Shown: piece after piece, positions 21,606 through 32,251 of the stretch
How the letters are laid out: each line of letters starts with the position of its first letter
How positions within the stretch are numbered: position 1 is the stretch's first letter
Assembly: GCA_963665615.2 (NCBI GenBank)
Contig: CAXXQE010000001.1
Location: 62,001 to 126,000, forward strand
Length of the DNA: 64,000 nucleotides
Source of the DNA: Syntrophales bacterium
GTDB taxonomy: Bacteria; Desulfobacterota; Syntrophia; Syntrophales; UBA4778
Reading direction: 5' to 3'
The notes under the pieces: generated by a model
Told to the model about the DNA's origin: nothing
Database searches by the model: none
What the model saw: only the letters and a program-made list of their open reading frames with translations
Translations under genes and position numbers: made by a program

Positions 21606-23381
21606 TTATAGAGACTCTTTTTCTTTTTGAAGCAGCCGGATTTTTTCCAAAGCAATCTTGTTGAGGCGCTCAGCGTCCCCGACGCGTTCCGCTTCTTTCG
21701 TCTCCGCAGTCAGCGCCTTTTTTCTTGCTTTGAACCAGTCGTTTTTTATCTTTTCCGCCGTATCGCAGTAAAGCCTCTCGACGGTCGTGCCCTCAAAGGG
21801 ACTCCTCTCAGCGACCGTCCATTGCAACAGCATGCTGCGCAGTGTTTCATTCTCAATGCCGGTCAGAAAATCCGACAGAATGAATTGTCCTCTTTCGAGG
21901 ATGTTGCGCTGAAGGTCATACCCCCATTGCTTCAATTCGGGGTTCTGAAAATACTCGAAGACGTCCCGATGAAGGCCCCGGATCTGAAAGTCCGGGTATT
22001 CCACGATCAGCCGCAGCATCGTCGTCTCAACAGGGTGCGGCAACCGGCTTTCCGGTTTTGCCGTAAGCTCTTTGATGGGGGCGGTCTGTCCGGACTTCCC
22101 CGATGCGGCCCTGGCAATCTCCGATTTGAGCAAGGACTGATCGATATTCAATTTTTCCGCGACCCGCTTCGTGAAGAGATCCTTTTGGACAGGGTCTTCA
22201 ATCCTGCCAATGAAGGGGACAGCGCCCCTCACAGCGTCCAGGTCCGCCTCAAAGCTGCGCTTGGAGCCGATCACATGATCGATATAATAGTCTACCATGG
22301 ACTGAGATCCTTCGATCAGCTTCTCCATGGCTTGGGCGCCGTGCGTCTTAATATAGTCATCCGGATCCAAATTGTCAGGGACAATGACCACGCGCGCATG
22401 AAATTTTTCTTCAAGAAAGAGCGTCAGGCTCCTTTCCAGCGCATGTCGTCCAGCCTCGTCCGGATCGAAAATAGCGATCACGGTATGGGTGAATCGCCGC
22501 AGGAGGTCCAGGTGATCCCTTGTCAGCGCGGTTCCCAACGCGGCCACGGTGTTTTTAAAGCCGGCGTTCCACAGGGAAAGCACATCGAAATACCCCTCGA
22601 CGAGGATCGCGTATCCTTTTTCCCGGATCGCATCCTTTGCCCGGTGCATCGCGTAGAGGTTTTTCCCCTTGGTGTAGACCGGCGATTCCGGCGAATTTAG
22701 GTACTTAGGCTTTTCATCCCCTGCCGCCCGTCCGCCGAAGGCGATTACGTCGCCCGTCAGATCCGCAATGGGAAAGATCAGCCGGCCGCGAAAACGATCG
22801 TAAAAGTCGCCTTTGTCCCCCTTGATAATGAGTCCCGCCTTCTCCACGAGGGGCAAAGCGACGTGCTTCGCCTCAAAAAAATCGCGGAGGTTGCGCCAGC
22901 CGCTCAACGACAGTCCGAGGTGAAACTCTCGAACCGTTTGTTCGCGGATACCCCGTTTCTGGAGATACGCGCGGGCGCTTTTTCCTGGCGAACCGTGCAG
23001 ATTGGCGGCAAAGTAGTCGCCCGCCATTTTGTTGATTTTTTTGATGTCCTCCCTCAGCGACTTCTCGGGGCCCGACGGCCCGCGCGGTTTCTCCTGGAGG
23101 ACGACCCCCATCTTATCGGCCAGGAAGCTCAACGCCTCCGGAAACGACATGTTGTTGATCCGGGTAAGAAACTCAAAAACATCCCCGCCAGCACCGCAGC
23201 CGAAGCAGTAAAAGATCTGCTTTTCGGCATTGACACTGAAAGACGGGGTTTTCTCTTTGTGAAACGGGCATAACCCGGAAAAATTACGGCCGGTCTTCTT
23301 CAGGGCAACATATTCGGAGACGATATCGACGATGTTGGCCCTGCTCTTGATCGTGTCTATGTCAGAGCGGGAATCTCTCAA
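21606..23381 (-). CDS. dnaG: DNA primase
   Basis: [11 protein letters not shown] zinc finger, KYLNSPES and VEGYFD motifs. Confidence 0.97.
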   Translation of the reverse strand: MRDSRSDIDTIKSRANIVDIVSEYVALKKTGRNFSGLCPFHKEKTPSFSVNAEKQIFYCFGCGAGGDVFEFLTRINNMSFPEALSFLADKMGVVLQEKPRGPSGPEKSLREDIKKINKMAGDYFAANLHGSPGKSARAYLQKRGIREQTVREFHLGLSLSGWRNLRDFFEAKHVALPLVEKAGLIIKGDKGDFYDRFRGRLIFPIADLTGDVIAFGGRAAGDEKPKYLNSPESPVYTKGKNLYAMHRAKDAIREKGYAILVEGYFDVLSLWNAGFKNTVAALGTALTRDHLDLLRRFTHTVIAIFDPDEAGRHALERSLTLFLEEKFHARVVIVPDNLDPDDYIKTHGAQAMEKLIEGSQSMVDYYIDHVIGSKRSFEADLDAVRGAVPFIGRIEDPVQKDLFTKRVAEKLNIDQSLLKSEIARAASGKSGQTAPIKELTAKPESRLPHPVETTMLRLIVEYPDFQIRGLHRDVFEYFQNPELKQWGYDLQRNILERGQFILSDFLTGIENETLRSMLLQWTVAERSPFEGTTVERLYCDTAEKIKNDWFKARKKALTAETKEAERVGDAERLNKIALEKIRLLQKEKESL

Positions 23382-23748
23382 TGACGCTTATCCTGACGAG
23401 TCTGATTTCTTCGATCCATCAACCGTTCCCGGCTTATCCCGTCCGTTGGTGAGGCTATCGGCCAGGGTCAACTCGTTATAGGCTGAAAGCAAAAAAACGC
23501 GGAATGTCCGCGCGACGAATGAATAGGGATGACTTGTCGGACAATGACACGGTCCGGCCGTCAATCATGTGCCATAGGGCAGATAGAGCAGCGATAATTT
23601 CAAGCGCCAGGTCGCTTCAGGAACCCTTAGGGAACCCGACAAGTTATGGCTGGAACTGCCAACGACCTGAAAGGACGCCATCGAACAACGGATAAGAAAC
23701 GCCGCCATTCATATCGGCCGGCCTAAGACCGGCAAGTCATCCGATCCA

Positions 23749-24195
23749 TCAGGTCGACAATTTGCTTTTCACCAGGTCGCTGACCAGTTTGCCGTCGGCC
23801 TTACCGGCGATCTTGGGCATCAGCGCCTTCATGACCTTTCCCATGTCCTTGACGCCGGTGGCTCCGAGCTCTTGGATGGTGCTCTCTACGACATTGGTCA
23901 AAGCCTCTTCTGACATTTCTTCCGGCATGAACTCTTTGATAACCCCGAGTTCCGCTTCTTCTTTGTCAACCAGATCCTGCCGCCCCCCCTTTTTAAACTG
24001 CTCGATCGAATCGGCGCGCTGTTTTGACAGGGACGACAGCACCTGAAGAATTTCAGACTCTTCCAGATCCCGCCTAGCGTCGATTTCTTTGTTGTGGAGG
24101 GCTGTCTTGATCATCCGGATAGCCGACAGTCGCAACGGCTGCTTTGCCTTCGCCGCAGAGACCATTTCCGCTTCAATCTTTTCTTTTAAGCCCAT
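23749..24195 (-). CDS. GatB/YqeY domain protein
   Basis: KQRADSIEQF...GRQDL...KDMGKVM motifs. Confidence 0.92.
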   Translation of the reverse strand: MGLKEKIEAEMVSAAKAKQPLRLSAIRMIKTALHNKEIDARRDLEESEILQVLSSLSKQRADSIEQFKKGGRQDLVDKEEAELGVIKEFMPEEMSEEALTNVVESTIQELGATGVKDMGKVMKALMPKIAGKADGKLVSDLVKSKLST

Positions 24196-24273
24196 GACCC
24201 CACCCTTGATCCGTTCGTCTTGTTTAGCGTAAATAGCTATTTTATATGGAAAAATTATTTTGTCAAACGATAT

Positions 24274-24618
24274 TTACTCAAGCTCCATTTTGAGTTGGCG
24301 GCCGCCGAAGACATGGATGTGCAGGTGGGGAACGACCTGACCGCCTTCCTCCCGCGTGTTGATTGTGGTACGGAAGCCTTTCCGGTCGATGCCCTTGGTG
24401 CGCGCGACCTCCTGCGCAGCGCGAAGTAGGTCGCTAAAAACCGACGTCTCATCAGGACCGACGTCCATCAGGCAAGAGAAATGTCTTTTGGGAATAATGA
24501 TCACATGGGCCGGAGCAACGGGGTTGATATCGTCAAAGGCGAGAACGTCCTGCGTCTCATAGACCTTACTGCAGGGTATATCCCCTGATGCGATTTTGCA
24601 AAAGATACAGTCTGTCAT
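24274..24618 (-). CDS. Histidine triad (HIT) nucleotide-binding protein
   Basis: CIFCKI and GQVVPHLHIH motifs. Confidence 0.93.
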   Translation of the reverse strand: MTDCIFCKIASGDIPCSKVYETQDVLAFDDINPVAPAHVIIIPKRHFSCLMDVGPDETSVFSDLLRAAQEVARTKGIDRKGFRTTINTREEGGQVVPHLHIHVFGGRQLKMELE

Positions 24619-24640
24619 GGCTAGAACCTCCTCGAAAATA

Positions 24641-24836
24641 TTGACAGGTAACGGGTGACAAGTGACAAGCGGAAAAGCACCCGTTCACATTTCCCCCGCC
24701 AGCGGGGCTGGTGCGTTGCGTCGGAGGTGATTGACTTCCGCAGCGAATCCTCTGCCCCCCAGAGGAGGCAGTTGTGGTTGAGGTGCCCGGCAATGGTTTT
24801 TTATAGGCCTGTCACTCGTGGCTTGTCACTCGTCAC
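24641..24836. repeat. Inverted heptamer arrays (GTGACRR / YYGTCAC) enclosing about 140 bp
   Basis: TGACAGGTAACGGGTGACAAGTGACAAG at 24642-24669 and CCTGTCACTCGTGGCTTGTCACTCGTCAC at 24808-24836. Confidence 0.6.
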
Positions 24837-25558
24837 TTCTTCGCGACCCGGATGGCGTCTTCGAGCGACATCGCCCCAGAATACAGGGCCTTACCGACAA
24901 TCACACCGGTGACGCCGTATGGTTCGATCTCTTTGAGGTTGACGAGATCCTGGATGCCGGAAACGCCCCCTGAGGCGATGACGGGAATGCCAACGGTTTC
25001 CGCCAGTTCCCGGGTGGATTGCAGGTTCACGCCGCCTTGCATGCCGTCGCGCTGAATGTCGGTATAGACGACCGCATCGGGATGATACGGCTGGAACCAT
25101 CGGGCGACATCCAGGGCAAGCGTTCCGGAGTTTTCCGTCCATCCCTCAACCGCGGCGTATCCTCCCTTGGCGTCGATTCCCAGGATGATTCGTCCGGGGA
25201 ATTGTTTGCAGGCGTCGATCACGAACTGTTTCTGTTTCAGGGCGGCGGTTCCCAGAATGACTTTGGCGACCCCGGCTGCAAAGAAATTTTCGACCGTTTC
25301 CATACTGCGGATGCCGCCGCCGACCTGCACGGGAACACTGACGGTGCTGACAATGCGGGTGATGGCGGGCAGGTTTCGCGGTGAGCCGGCCAGTGACCCG
25401 TCGAGATCGACGATGTGGATTCGCTCTGCGCCCGCAGACTGCCACTTGAGAGCGACTTCCTCGGGACAGTCAGAGTAAACCGTTACGCGATTAAAGTCGC
25501 CTTGTTGAAGTCGGACGCACTGTCCGTTTTTTAAATCGATAGCCGGTATGACAAGCAT
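24833..25558 (-). CDS. hisA: ProFAR isomerase
   Basis: IPAIDLKNGQCVRL, VGGGIR, YTDIQRDG and VIASGG motifs. Confidence 0.96.
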   Translation of the reverse strand: MLVIPAIDLKNGQCVRLQQGDFNRVTVYSDCPEEVALKWQSAGAERIHIVDLDGSLAGSPRNLPAITRIVSTVSVPVQVGGGIRSMETVENFFAAGVAKVILGTAALKQKQFVIDACKQFPGRIILGIDAKGGYAAVEGWTENSGTLALDVARWFQPYHPDAVVYTDIQRDGMQGGVNLQSTRELAETVGIPVIASGGVSGIQDLVNLKEIEPYGVTGVIVGKALYSGAMSLEDAIRVAKK

Positions 25559-25587
25559 AAATTGAATCCGGGGCCTGAAAATATTTG

Positions 25588-26283
25588 TTACGGCAGGTCC
25601 GGGAAGGTTTTGAAAACCTGGTCGACGCCTTCGTTCATGAGCTCATCGGCCGTGACCCACCTTCCTTTTTCTTTAATGAAACTGGATAACTGCGACAGGT
25701 CTTCGAGGAGTGCCTTTTGGGTCTTTTCAAAAATGCCCTTCCACAACACTGCGCCGTCGCTGACGCGAACGAGATAGATGGCAAAGGCTACCGACGCAGG
25801 CTGTTCAACGCCATAGGCGGTGCCGACTCGTGCCCGATAACAGAAGAGATAGCCTGTCAGCACGGCGTCGGCATTGAGTTGACTCCCGATCGATTTCAGA
25901 ATCTGCATGGGAACGGGCTTGAACGTATTCAACGCAAGGCGCTGATACATCCCCTCAGTTTCCACGGGGGGGATCACATGCGAACCCTGTGATACTGAGA
26001 GTTTCTGAAGAAATGCATTCTCCATGGTCTGTTCGGTCCCCTCCGGGGAGGGGCAGCCGATGAAGATCGCGCCCGTCAATGGGCAATTGACCGTCCGCTG
26101 TCCCTCTTTGGGAAGCACGCGTTGGAAGTGCATGACAGCAATCTTGACGGGTTTCTTTTCACTTCCCGCGGCGATTGTTGCCTTGACGGGCGTTGAGGCG
26201 CATCCGCTCAACAGGAGCGGAACCAAGACGGCACAGAAAAGGATGCGAGAAACCGCCCTGCTAACCGTGAATGGTAACAACAC
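25588..26283 (-). CDS. Hypothetical lipoprotein
   Basis: Lipobox LLSGC after a hydrophobic stretch; GAGG RBS. Confidence 0.7.
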   Translation of the reverse strand: MLLPFTVSRAVSRILFCAVLVPLLLSGCASTPVKATIAAGSEKKPVKIAVMHFQRVLPKEGQRTVNCPLTGAIFIGCPSPEGTEQTMENAFLQKLSVSQGSHVIPPVETEGMYQRLALNTFKPVPMQILKSIGSQLNADAVLTGYLFCYRARVGTAYGVEQPASVAFAIYLVRVSDGAVLWKGIFEKTQKALLEDLSQLSSFIKEKGRWVTADELMNEGVDQVFKTFPDLP

Positions 26284-26356
26284 CTCACCTCCTCGATTGC
26301 TTGCTCTTAGATTACAATAGCCTCGTTAGCCGCAGGCAACGAGACGACCATGGCAT

Positions 26357-26962
26357 TTACAGCATTTCTTTGGTCGATAGGACCCCTTGCACCCTGGGAT
26401 CCATGAAAACAGCCGCAGACAGAGCCCGGGCAAACGATTTGAATATGGCCTCGGCCTTGTGGTGGTTATTGCTGCCATACATGAGATTGATGTGTAAGGT
26501 CATACCCGCGTTGTCGGAGAGTGCCTTGAAAAATTCCAGAAGCAGGTTCGGATCGAAATTGCCGATTTTCTTCTGATCAAACTCGGCGTTGTAGATCAGA
26601 TAAGGCCGTCCTGACAAATCCAGGGTAGTCTGACACAGGGTTTCGTCCATCGGGATCGTGGCGGTGCCATAACGGCTGATGCCCTTCTTGTCTCCCAGAG
26701 CCTTGCGGAGCGCCTCGCCCAGGCAGATGCCGATATCTTCTACCAGGTGGTGAAAATCGACGTGCGTGTCTCCCCGTCCGTTAACGGTCAGCGTGAAGAA
26801 ACCATGTCGTGCGAAAAGCGTCAGCATGTGATCCAGGAAGGGAATGGTTGTCGCAATGGCGGAGGCTTCCGCATCATTCCCGTTGCCGAAGGCATCGAGA
26901 TCGATCGACACGGTAATATCCGTCTCTGCTGTTTTTCTGTGGAGTTTCGCCTTGCGTCCCAT
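26357..26962 (-). CDS. hisB: Imidazoleglycerol-phosphate dehydratase
   Basis: RKTAETDI, FLDHML, HHLVED and NNHHKAEAIFK motifs. Start at MGRKAK. Confidence 0.96.
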   Translation of the reverse strand: MGRKAKLHRKTAETDITVSIDLDAFGNGNDAEASAIATTIPFLDHMLTLFARHGFFTLTVNGRGDTHVDFHHLVEDIGICLGEALRKALGDKKGISRYGTATIPMDETLCQTTLDLSGRPYLIYNAEFDQKKIGNFDPNLLLEFFKALSDNAGMTLHINLMYGSNNHHKAEAIFKSFARALSAAVFMDPRVQGVLSTKEML

Positions 26963-26979
26963 CGCCTTATCCTGCCGAA

Positions 26980-27852
26980 TTATATGAGTTTGTTGAGCGG
27001 GTATTCGATGATGCCCTCGGCTCCCGCCTCCTGAAGACGGGGAACCAGATCGCGAACGACACTCTCCTTGAGGATCGTTTCGACGGCGTACCAATCCTGA
27101 TGATAGAGCCCCGAAACCGTCGGCGCCTTGAGCGACGGCAGCAACTCCATGACGCGGTCGAGATTGTCCTTGGAAACATTCAGCTTGATGCCGACCTTTC
27201 CCATGGCCTCCAGGGAACCGTTCAGAAGCAACCGGATCTGTTCGATCTTGCGACGCTTCCAGGGGTCCGCCCAAGCGGTCTTGTTGGCGATCAACTGTGT
27301 GTTCGTTCGCATCAGTTCATGCACAATCCGGAGTTTATTGGCTCGGATGGTGCTGCCCGTTTCCGTGACTTCTACGATGGCATCGACCAGGCCTTCCACC
27401 ACCTTGGCCTCTGTCGCGCCCCAGGAGAATTCCACATCAACGTTGATGTTCCGTTCCTTGAAATAACGTTTCGAGAAAGCGACCAGTTCCGTGGAAATCC
27501 TTTTCCCCTCCAGATCCTCCATACGCTTGATCGGCGAATCGTCTCTCACGACAAGAACCCATCGGGCCTGGGCTTTGGAGGCTTTGGAATAAATGAGGTC
27601 CTGGACAACCTGGACATCGGAATTCGTCTCGATAATCCAGTCGTGTCCCGTCAGTCCCAGATCCAGGACGCCGTCCTGTATATATTGCGGCAGTTCCTGA
27701 GCCTTGACGAGAGAACATGAAATCTCATCGTCATCGATGTCGGGGAAATAATTGCGGCTGTCGTATGTGATTCGCCATCCCGCTCGCTTGAAAAGATCGA
27801 CAGTGGCATTCTCCAGGCTTCCCTTTGGAATGCCCAGCTTCAGTTTAGTCAT
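26980..27852 (-). CDS. hisG: ATP phosphoribosyltransferase (long form)
   Basis: GIPKGSL, FSWGATE and [11 protein letters not shown] motifs plus C-terminal regulatory domain. Confidence 0.96.
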   Translation of the reverse strand: MTKLKLGIPKGSLENATVDLFKRAGWRITYDSRNYFPDIDDDEISCSLVKAQELPQYIQDGVLDLGLTGHDWIIETNSDVQVVQDLIYSKASKAQARWVLVVRDDSPIKRMEDLEGKRISTELVAFSKRYFKERNINVDVEFSWGATEAKVVEGLVDAIVEVTETGSTIRANKLRIVHELMRTNTQLIANKTAWADPWKRRKIEQIRLLLNGSLEAMGKVGIKLNVSKDNLDRVMELLPSLKAPTVSGLYHQDWYAVETILKESVVRDLVPRLQEAGAEGIIEYPLNKLI

Positions 27853-28226
27853 TTTTTGTAAACATCCTTTGGATCAAAAATTTTCTCGCCGATGGTTTCG
27901 ACGCCCTCTTTGGTCACACGCCGGTAAAAGCAGCTTCGGTAGCCGGTGTGACAGGCGGCGCCCCCGATCTGATCTATCTTCAGAATGACGGCGTCTTCAT
28001 CACAATCGACCAGGATTTCCTTGACGAGTTGCAACTTTCCCGACCCGTCCCCCTTGACCCACAGTTCGTTTCGCGAGCGGCTCCAGTAGGTGCCATACCC
28101 CGTTTCCAGCGTTTTCTGCCAGGCCAGTTCGTTCATATAGGCCAGCATGAGGATCTCGCCGGTTTGATAATCCTGGGCGACAGCCGGGATCAATCCGCCG
28201 CATTTCTTAAAATCGAGTGTTATCAT
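27849..28226 (-). CDS. hisI: Phosphoribosyl-AMP cyclohydrolase
   Basis: YWSRSR, DCDED and [10 protein letters not shown] motifs. Confidence 0.95.
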   Translation of the reverse strand: MITLDFKKCGGLIPAVAQDYQTGEILMLAYMNELAWQKTLETGYGTYWSRSRNELWVKGDGSGKLQLVKEILVDCDEDAVILKIDQIGGAACHTGYRSCFYRRVTKEGVETIGEKIFDPKDVYKK

Positions 28227-28409
28227 ATTGTCATTCCTTGAAGAAGCAAAACAATGCAGAACTGGTGGTAGAAATAGAGGAATATCGTTAATTTATCAAG
28301 TATTTTTTACTTGTTTTGTCTTGCCGGAAAATACCGATCTGTGCTAATCACTATAATCAAAAGGGATTCTTCCGATTTCCCTGTCGATGCAAAAAACGAG
28401 GAGGGCGCG

Positions 28410-28709
28410 ATGGCCGTTTTACTGGGGGGGATTGCCGCATGTATGCTGGGTCTCGTTGGTTTAATGGTGTGGTGGCAGGCGTTTTTTGCGATCCTGAAAG
28501 GCGTCGTTCCGGTTGCCCTGGTGGTGGGCGGGGTTCTGGCGATCTTCGTGGGGCTCGACGAGTTCAGGAACAAGCTTCGTGAAGAGCGGGAACGGGACAA
28601 GGAAGATCTGCTCCATGTACGCGAGGAACTCGAAAAAACCAAGGCCGAGGCCGATAAATTCCGCGACGAGCTGGAGCGCATGAAGACGGGCGGACAGGGG
28701 GACGCATAG
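28410..28709 (+). CDS. Hypothetical membrane protein (2 TM + coiled coil)
   Basis: GAGGAG RBS, hydrophobic N-half and charged C-half. Confidence 0.7.
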   Translation: MAVLLGGIAACMLGLVGLMVWWQAFFAILKGVVPVALVVGGVLAIFVGLDEFRNKLREERERDKEDLLHVREELEKTKAEADKFRDELERMKTGGQGDA

Positions 28710-28711
28710 CG

Positions 28712-28985
28712 GTCACTTGTGACGGCCTCGTAAAAAGTCACCAACCCCGTCATGCTGCGAAGGTGGGAAGCAATAATGAGTTCGTGGGCAGGGCGGATTA
28801 TGGGACGGCTCTCTGCCGCTCAGAAATCTTTTCCCGTCATTTTCGGTGCGGGATTGCCAACTCCTTCGGGTCGGGAAAATCTTTGATTCGCGTTCGAGAC
28901 CCGTCGCACAATCCGCCCTGCGTAAGGTATCTGGGCCAAAATGATGACGCCGTATTCGACTTTTTACGAGGCCATCACAAGTGAC
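28712..28985 (+). mobile_element. Composite miniature inverted-repeat element (family B), copy 1
   Basis: 28-bp terminal inverted repeats (27/28 match) GTCACTTGTGAyGGCCTCGTAAAAAGTC with a nested inverted repeat. Inverted copy at 52741. Confidence 0.75.
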
Positions 28986-29081
28986 GACTGAAAAGCAGGA
29001 AGTGAGTACCACGGCCCGGAATGCAATCCCCTCTGCGCGAGGACAGGCCCGGCGCAGTATATGAGCCTCTAAAAACAGCCG

Positions 29082-30386
29082 CTAGAGTCCCCGGTTGTCG
29101 ATGACCGGCTTTACATGACCATCGATGCGGGTCAGGCTGTTGGGTTCGACCAGCTTGACGATCGCCGCAATGCCGATCGTGGATTCGATTTTCTTTCCGA
29201 CCCCTTCCAGGAATGCCCGCTGTTTTTTGATTTCCTGCGAGAAGATTTTTTCCGTTACCTCAATTTTGATCTCCAGGGTATCCAGCCCGTCGCGCCTTTC
29301 AACCAAAATCTGATAACAGGGTTCCCCCTCGGCTGAGGCGGTCAGCACATCCCGGATCTGCGAGGGATAAATGTTCACCCCCTTCACAATAAGCATGTCG
29401 TCAGTGCGTTCCATGGTGCGATTCATGCGAACGAGGGTTCTGCCGCAATCGCACGTTGAATAATCCAGGCTCGTGATGTCACCCGTGCGGTAGCGGATCA
29501 TAGGGAAGGCCTCTTTGGTAATCGTGGTCAGAACCAGCTCTCCCCGGCGTCCAGGAGGCAGAATGGCCCCTGTTTTGGGATCGACGATCTCCGGGATAAA
29601 GGCGTCCTCAAAGATATGCAGACCGCAGCGGCAGGAGCACTCACCGGCGATGCCCGGACCGATGATCTCGGAGAGGCCGTAGTTGTCCGTGGCCGTGATC
29701 GCCAGGCGCCGTTCGATTTCCCCGCGCATCGTCTCCGACCAGGGTTCCGCGCCGAATACCCCCACACGCAGGGAAAGTCCCTTCGGCTCAATGCCCAGCT
29801 TCTCCATCCGGTCGGCCAGGACAAGGGCGTAGCCCGGCGTGCAGACCAGGGCGGTCGTCTTGTAATCCTGCATGATCATGATCTGCTTGTCCGTGTCTCC
29901 CGTGCCCGTCGGGATAACCGAAGCGCCGATCGCCTCGGCGCCGTAATGAATGCCGAAGCCGCCGGTCAGAAGCCCGTAACGGAAGGCGATCTGGAGCAGG
30001 TCGTCATGAGAAACACCGGCCGCCACGAGAATGCGCGCGACCAGATTGGCCCACATCCGGATATCCTGGCGGGTGTAGCCGACGACGAGGGGTTTGCTCG
30101 TTGTGCCGGGGCAGGAGTGGATGCGGACGACCTCCCGCAGGGGAACCGCGAACATGCCGTAGGGGTAATTCGCCTGCATGTCGTCCTTCGTGGTGAAGGG
30201 CAGCCGGGTCAAATCAGTCAGCGAACGCAGGTCTTCGGGGATGATGCCGAAGTCGAAAAATCGTTTACGGTAAAACGTGACGTTTTTATACACCCGGTTC
30301 ATCGTTGCCTGGAGACGCTCTAACTGAAGCTGCTCCAGTTCTTCCCGCGGCATGCATTCGTGAACAGGATCCCAGATGGTGTTCAT
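29082..30386 (-). CDS. paaK: Phenylacetate-CoA ligase family protein
   Basis: LPFTTKDD, YGLSEIIGPG and IRYRTGDIT motifs. The P-loop reads SCPGTTSKP. Confidence 0.88.
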   Translation of the reverse strand: MNTIWDPVHECMPREELEQLQLERLQATMNRVYKNVTFYRKRFFDFGIIPEDLRSLTDLTRLPFTTKDDMQANYPYGMFAVPLREVVRIHSCPGTTSKPLVVGYTRQDIRMWANLVARILVAAGVSHDDLLQIAFRYGLLTGGFGIHYGAEAIGASVIPTGTGDTDKQIMIMQDYKTTALVCTPGYALVLADRMEKLGIEPKGLSLRVGVFGAEPWSETMRGEIERRLAITATDNYGLSEIIGPGIAGECSCRCGLHIFEDAFIPEIVDPKTGAILPPGRRGELVLTTITKEAFPMIRYRTGDITSLDYSTCDCGRTLVRMNRTMERTDDMLIVKGVNIYPSQIRDVLTASAEGEPCYQILVERRDGLDTLEIKIEVTEKIFSQEIKKQRAFLEGVGKKIESTIGIAAIVKLVEPNSLTRIDGHVKPVIDNRGL

Positions 30387-30420
30387 GTTACCCTCCTGAA
30401 TAGCGGCAAATGTTGCGGTT

Positions 30421-30490
30421 AACAGTCAATAGCGGCTGACGCCTTGGTCAGCAGTAAACAGTAAACTGTCAACAGTGAACAGTCAAACAA
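30421..30490 (+). repeat. Degenerate heptamer array (CAGTAAA-like)
   Basis: CAGTAAA CAGTAAA CTGTCAA CAGTGAA CAGTCAA. Confidence 0.6.
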
Positions 30491-30750
30491 CTGCACGGCG
30501 ATTTAACTGGAACCAAGTTGTAACTTGATCATAAGTTATAAACGGTCTCATAATAATGTTCTCACCAGGGGCAACATCGCGGCCTCAGAAAGTCTGATCC
30601 GACTTTCACTTCTGATGGCCCCGCAATTCTCATTCCCTTTGACTCATTATGAAACCAGCCTTTCTTGTTTCACACAACGGCAATTGTGAAAACAATTATG
30701 AGACAGACCGTTAATAACGCGCAGTCTTGGTCAGTGCCGTTGGCGCCTGT

Positions 30751-31494
30751 CTACCTCTCCCAGATTTCTTTCTTATCCTTCCCCAGATACGCTCGCTGTA
30801 CATCCGGGTTATCCAGGAGATCCGCCGAGGGGCCTTCCAGAATCACCCGTCCCGTTTCCAGAACATAGGCGCGATCTGCTATCTTCAAAGCGGCGCGGGC
30901 GTTTTGCTCAACCAGCAGAATCGTCGTTTCTGTTTGCCGTGCGAGGTCCACGATGACCCGGAAGATCTCCTGAACGACCAGCGGGGCCAGTCCCATAGAG
31001 GGCTCGTCCAGCAGAAGGAGCCGGGGCTGCGACATCAAGGCCCGCCCGATTGCCAGCATTTGCTGTTCGCCGCCGGAAAGGGTGCCGGCGAGCTGCCTGC
31101 GCCGCGCCTTTAGGACCGGGAAGAGTTCGTAAATCGTCTCCAGAGAGCGGGCGATCTCTTTTTTCTGATTTCTGTTGCGATAGCGTAAATAGGCCCCCAG
31201 TTCAAGGTTGTCGGCAACGGACAAGGGTTTGAAGACCTGCCGCCCTTCCGGCACCTGAGAAATGCCGAGGGCTACAATCCGGTCGGGCGCAAGGGCCTCG
31301 ACAGGTGCACCCTTAAAGAGGATCTGTCCGTCGCGGCAGGGGGTCACCGCCGTGATCGTATTGAGGATCGTGGTTTTGCCCGCACCGTTAGCGCCGATGA
31401 GGGTCACGATCTCCCCCCGTTTCAGGTGAACGGAGATGTTCTTCAGGGCGTGAACCCGGCCATAATAGGTGTTGACGTTCTTGAGTTTCAGCAT
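30751..31494 (-). CDS. livF: LivF-type ABC ATP-binding protein
   Basis: GANGAGKT, LSGGEQQM and LLLDEPSMGLAP motifs. Confidence 0.92.
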   Translation of the reverse strand: MLKLKNVNTYYGRVHALKNISVHLKRGEIVTLIGANGAGKTTILNTITAVTPCRDGQILFKGAPVEALAPDRIVALGISQVPEGRQVFKPLSVADNLELGAYLRYRNRNQKKEIARSLETIYELFPVLKARRRQLAGTLSGGEQQMLAIGRALMSQPRLLLLDEPSMGLAPLVVQEIFRVIVDLARQTETTILLVEQNARAALKIADRAYVLETGRVILEGPSADLLDNPDVQRAYLGKDKKEIWER

Positions 31495-31498
31495 CGCG

Positions 31499-32251
31499 CT
31501 ACTCGTTGCCCAGATAGGCCGCCACGACCTCGCGGTTTTCCTGGATGGCTCGGGGTGTTCCTTCCGCCAATTTTTGTCCGAGGTTAAGGACGACAATATG
31601 ATCGCAGATATCCATCACCAAATCCATATCATGTTCGACGAGGACGACCGTGATGCCGCGGTCCCGGATCTTGCGGATCAGGATGGCCAACTCGGCTGTT
31701 TCGCGGCTGTTGAGGCCGGCGGCAGGCTCGTCCATGAGGATCAGCTGCGGGTCCACGGCCAGCGCCCTGGCGATCTCCAGGAGACGTCCCTGCCCGAAGG
31801 GTAGACTCCCCGCCTCCATGTCCGCCAGCGCGTTAAGGCCGATAAACTCGAGATGCCGCAGCGCCTCCTGGCGGATCTTTTTTTCCTCGGTCCAATGCCC
31901 GGGCAGCTTGAGCATTCCCGACGTCATGCCGCTGCGGGTCCGGCTATGCCTGCCGACCATAACGTTTTCAAGCACCGTCATGTGGCTGAAGAGTTCCATG
32001 TTCTGAAAAGTCCTCACCAGACCGAGCCGCGCCAGCCGCTCTGCCGCATATCCCGTGATGTTCCGGCCTTCCAGAAACACCGATCCGGAGGTGGCTGTAT
32101 ACAGGCCGGTGATGATGTTGAAGAGCGTCGTTTTTCCGGCGCCGTTCGGGCCGATAATGCCGGTGATGTCTCCCTGTCGGATGGAGAAGGAGATGCCGCT
32201 CAGGGCGGTCAGTCCGCCGAATGTCTTTGAGAGATTTTCCAGTTTAAGCAT
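31499..32251 (-). CDS. livG: LivG-type ABC ATP-binding protein
   Basis: GPNGAGKT, RTFQN, DEPAAGL and VEHDM motifs. Confidence 0.92.
   Translation of the reverse strand: MLKLENLSKTFGGLTALSGISFSIRQGDITGIIGPNGAGKTTLFNIITGLYTATSGSVFLEGRNITGYAAERLARLGLVRTFQNMELFSHMTVLENVMVGRHSRTRSGMTSGMLKLPGHWTEEKKIRQEALRHLEFIGLNALADMEAGSLPFGQGRLLEIARALAVDPQLILMDEPAAGLNSRETAELAILIRKIRDRGITVVLVEHDMDLVMDICDHIVVLNLGQKLAEGTPRAIQENREVVAAYLGNE

Noticed and set aside
23390..23748. Short ORFs or RNA in the yqeY-dnaG spacer
   Set aside because: No RBS-supported ORF with motifs and no recognisable RNA family.
26963..27274. 305-aa HisB with a long N-terminal extension
   Set aside because: The extension overlaps hisG in another frame; HisB homology starts at MGRKAK.
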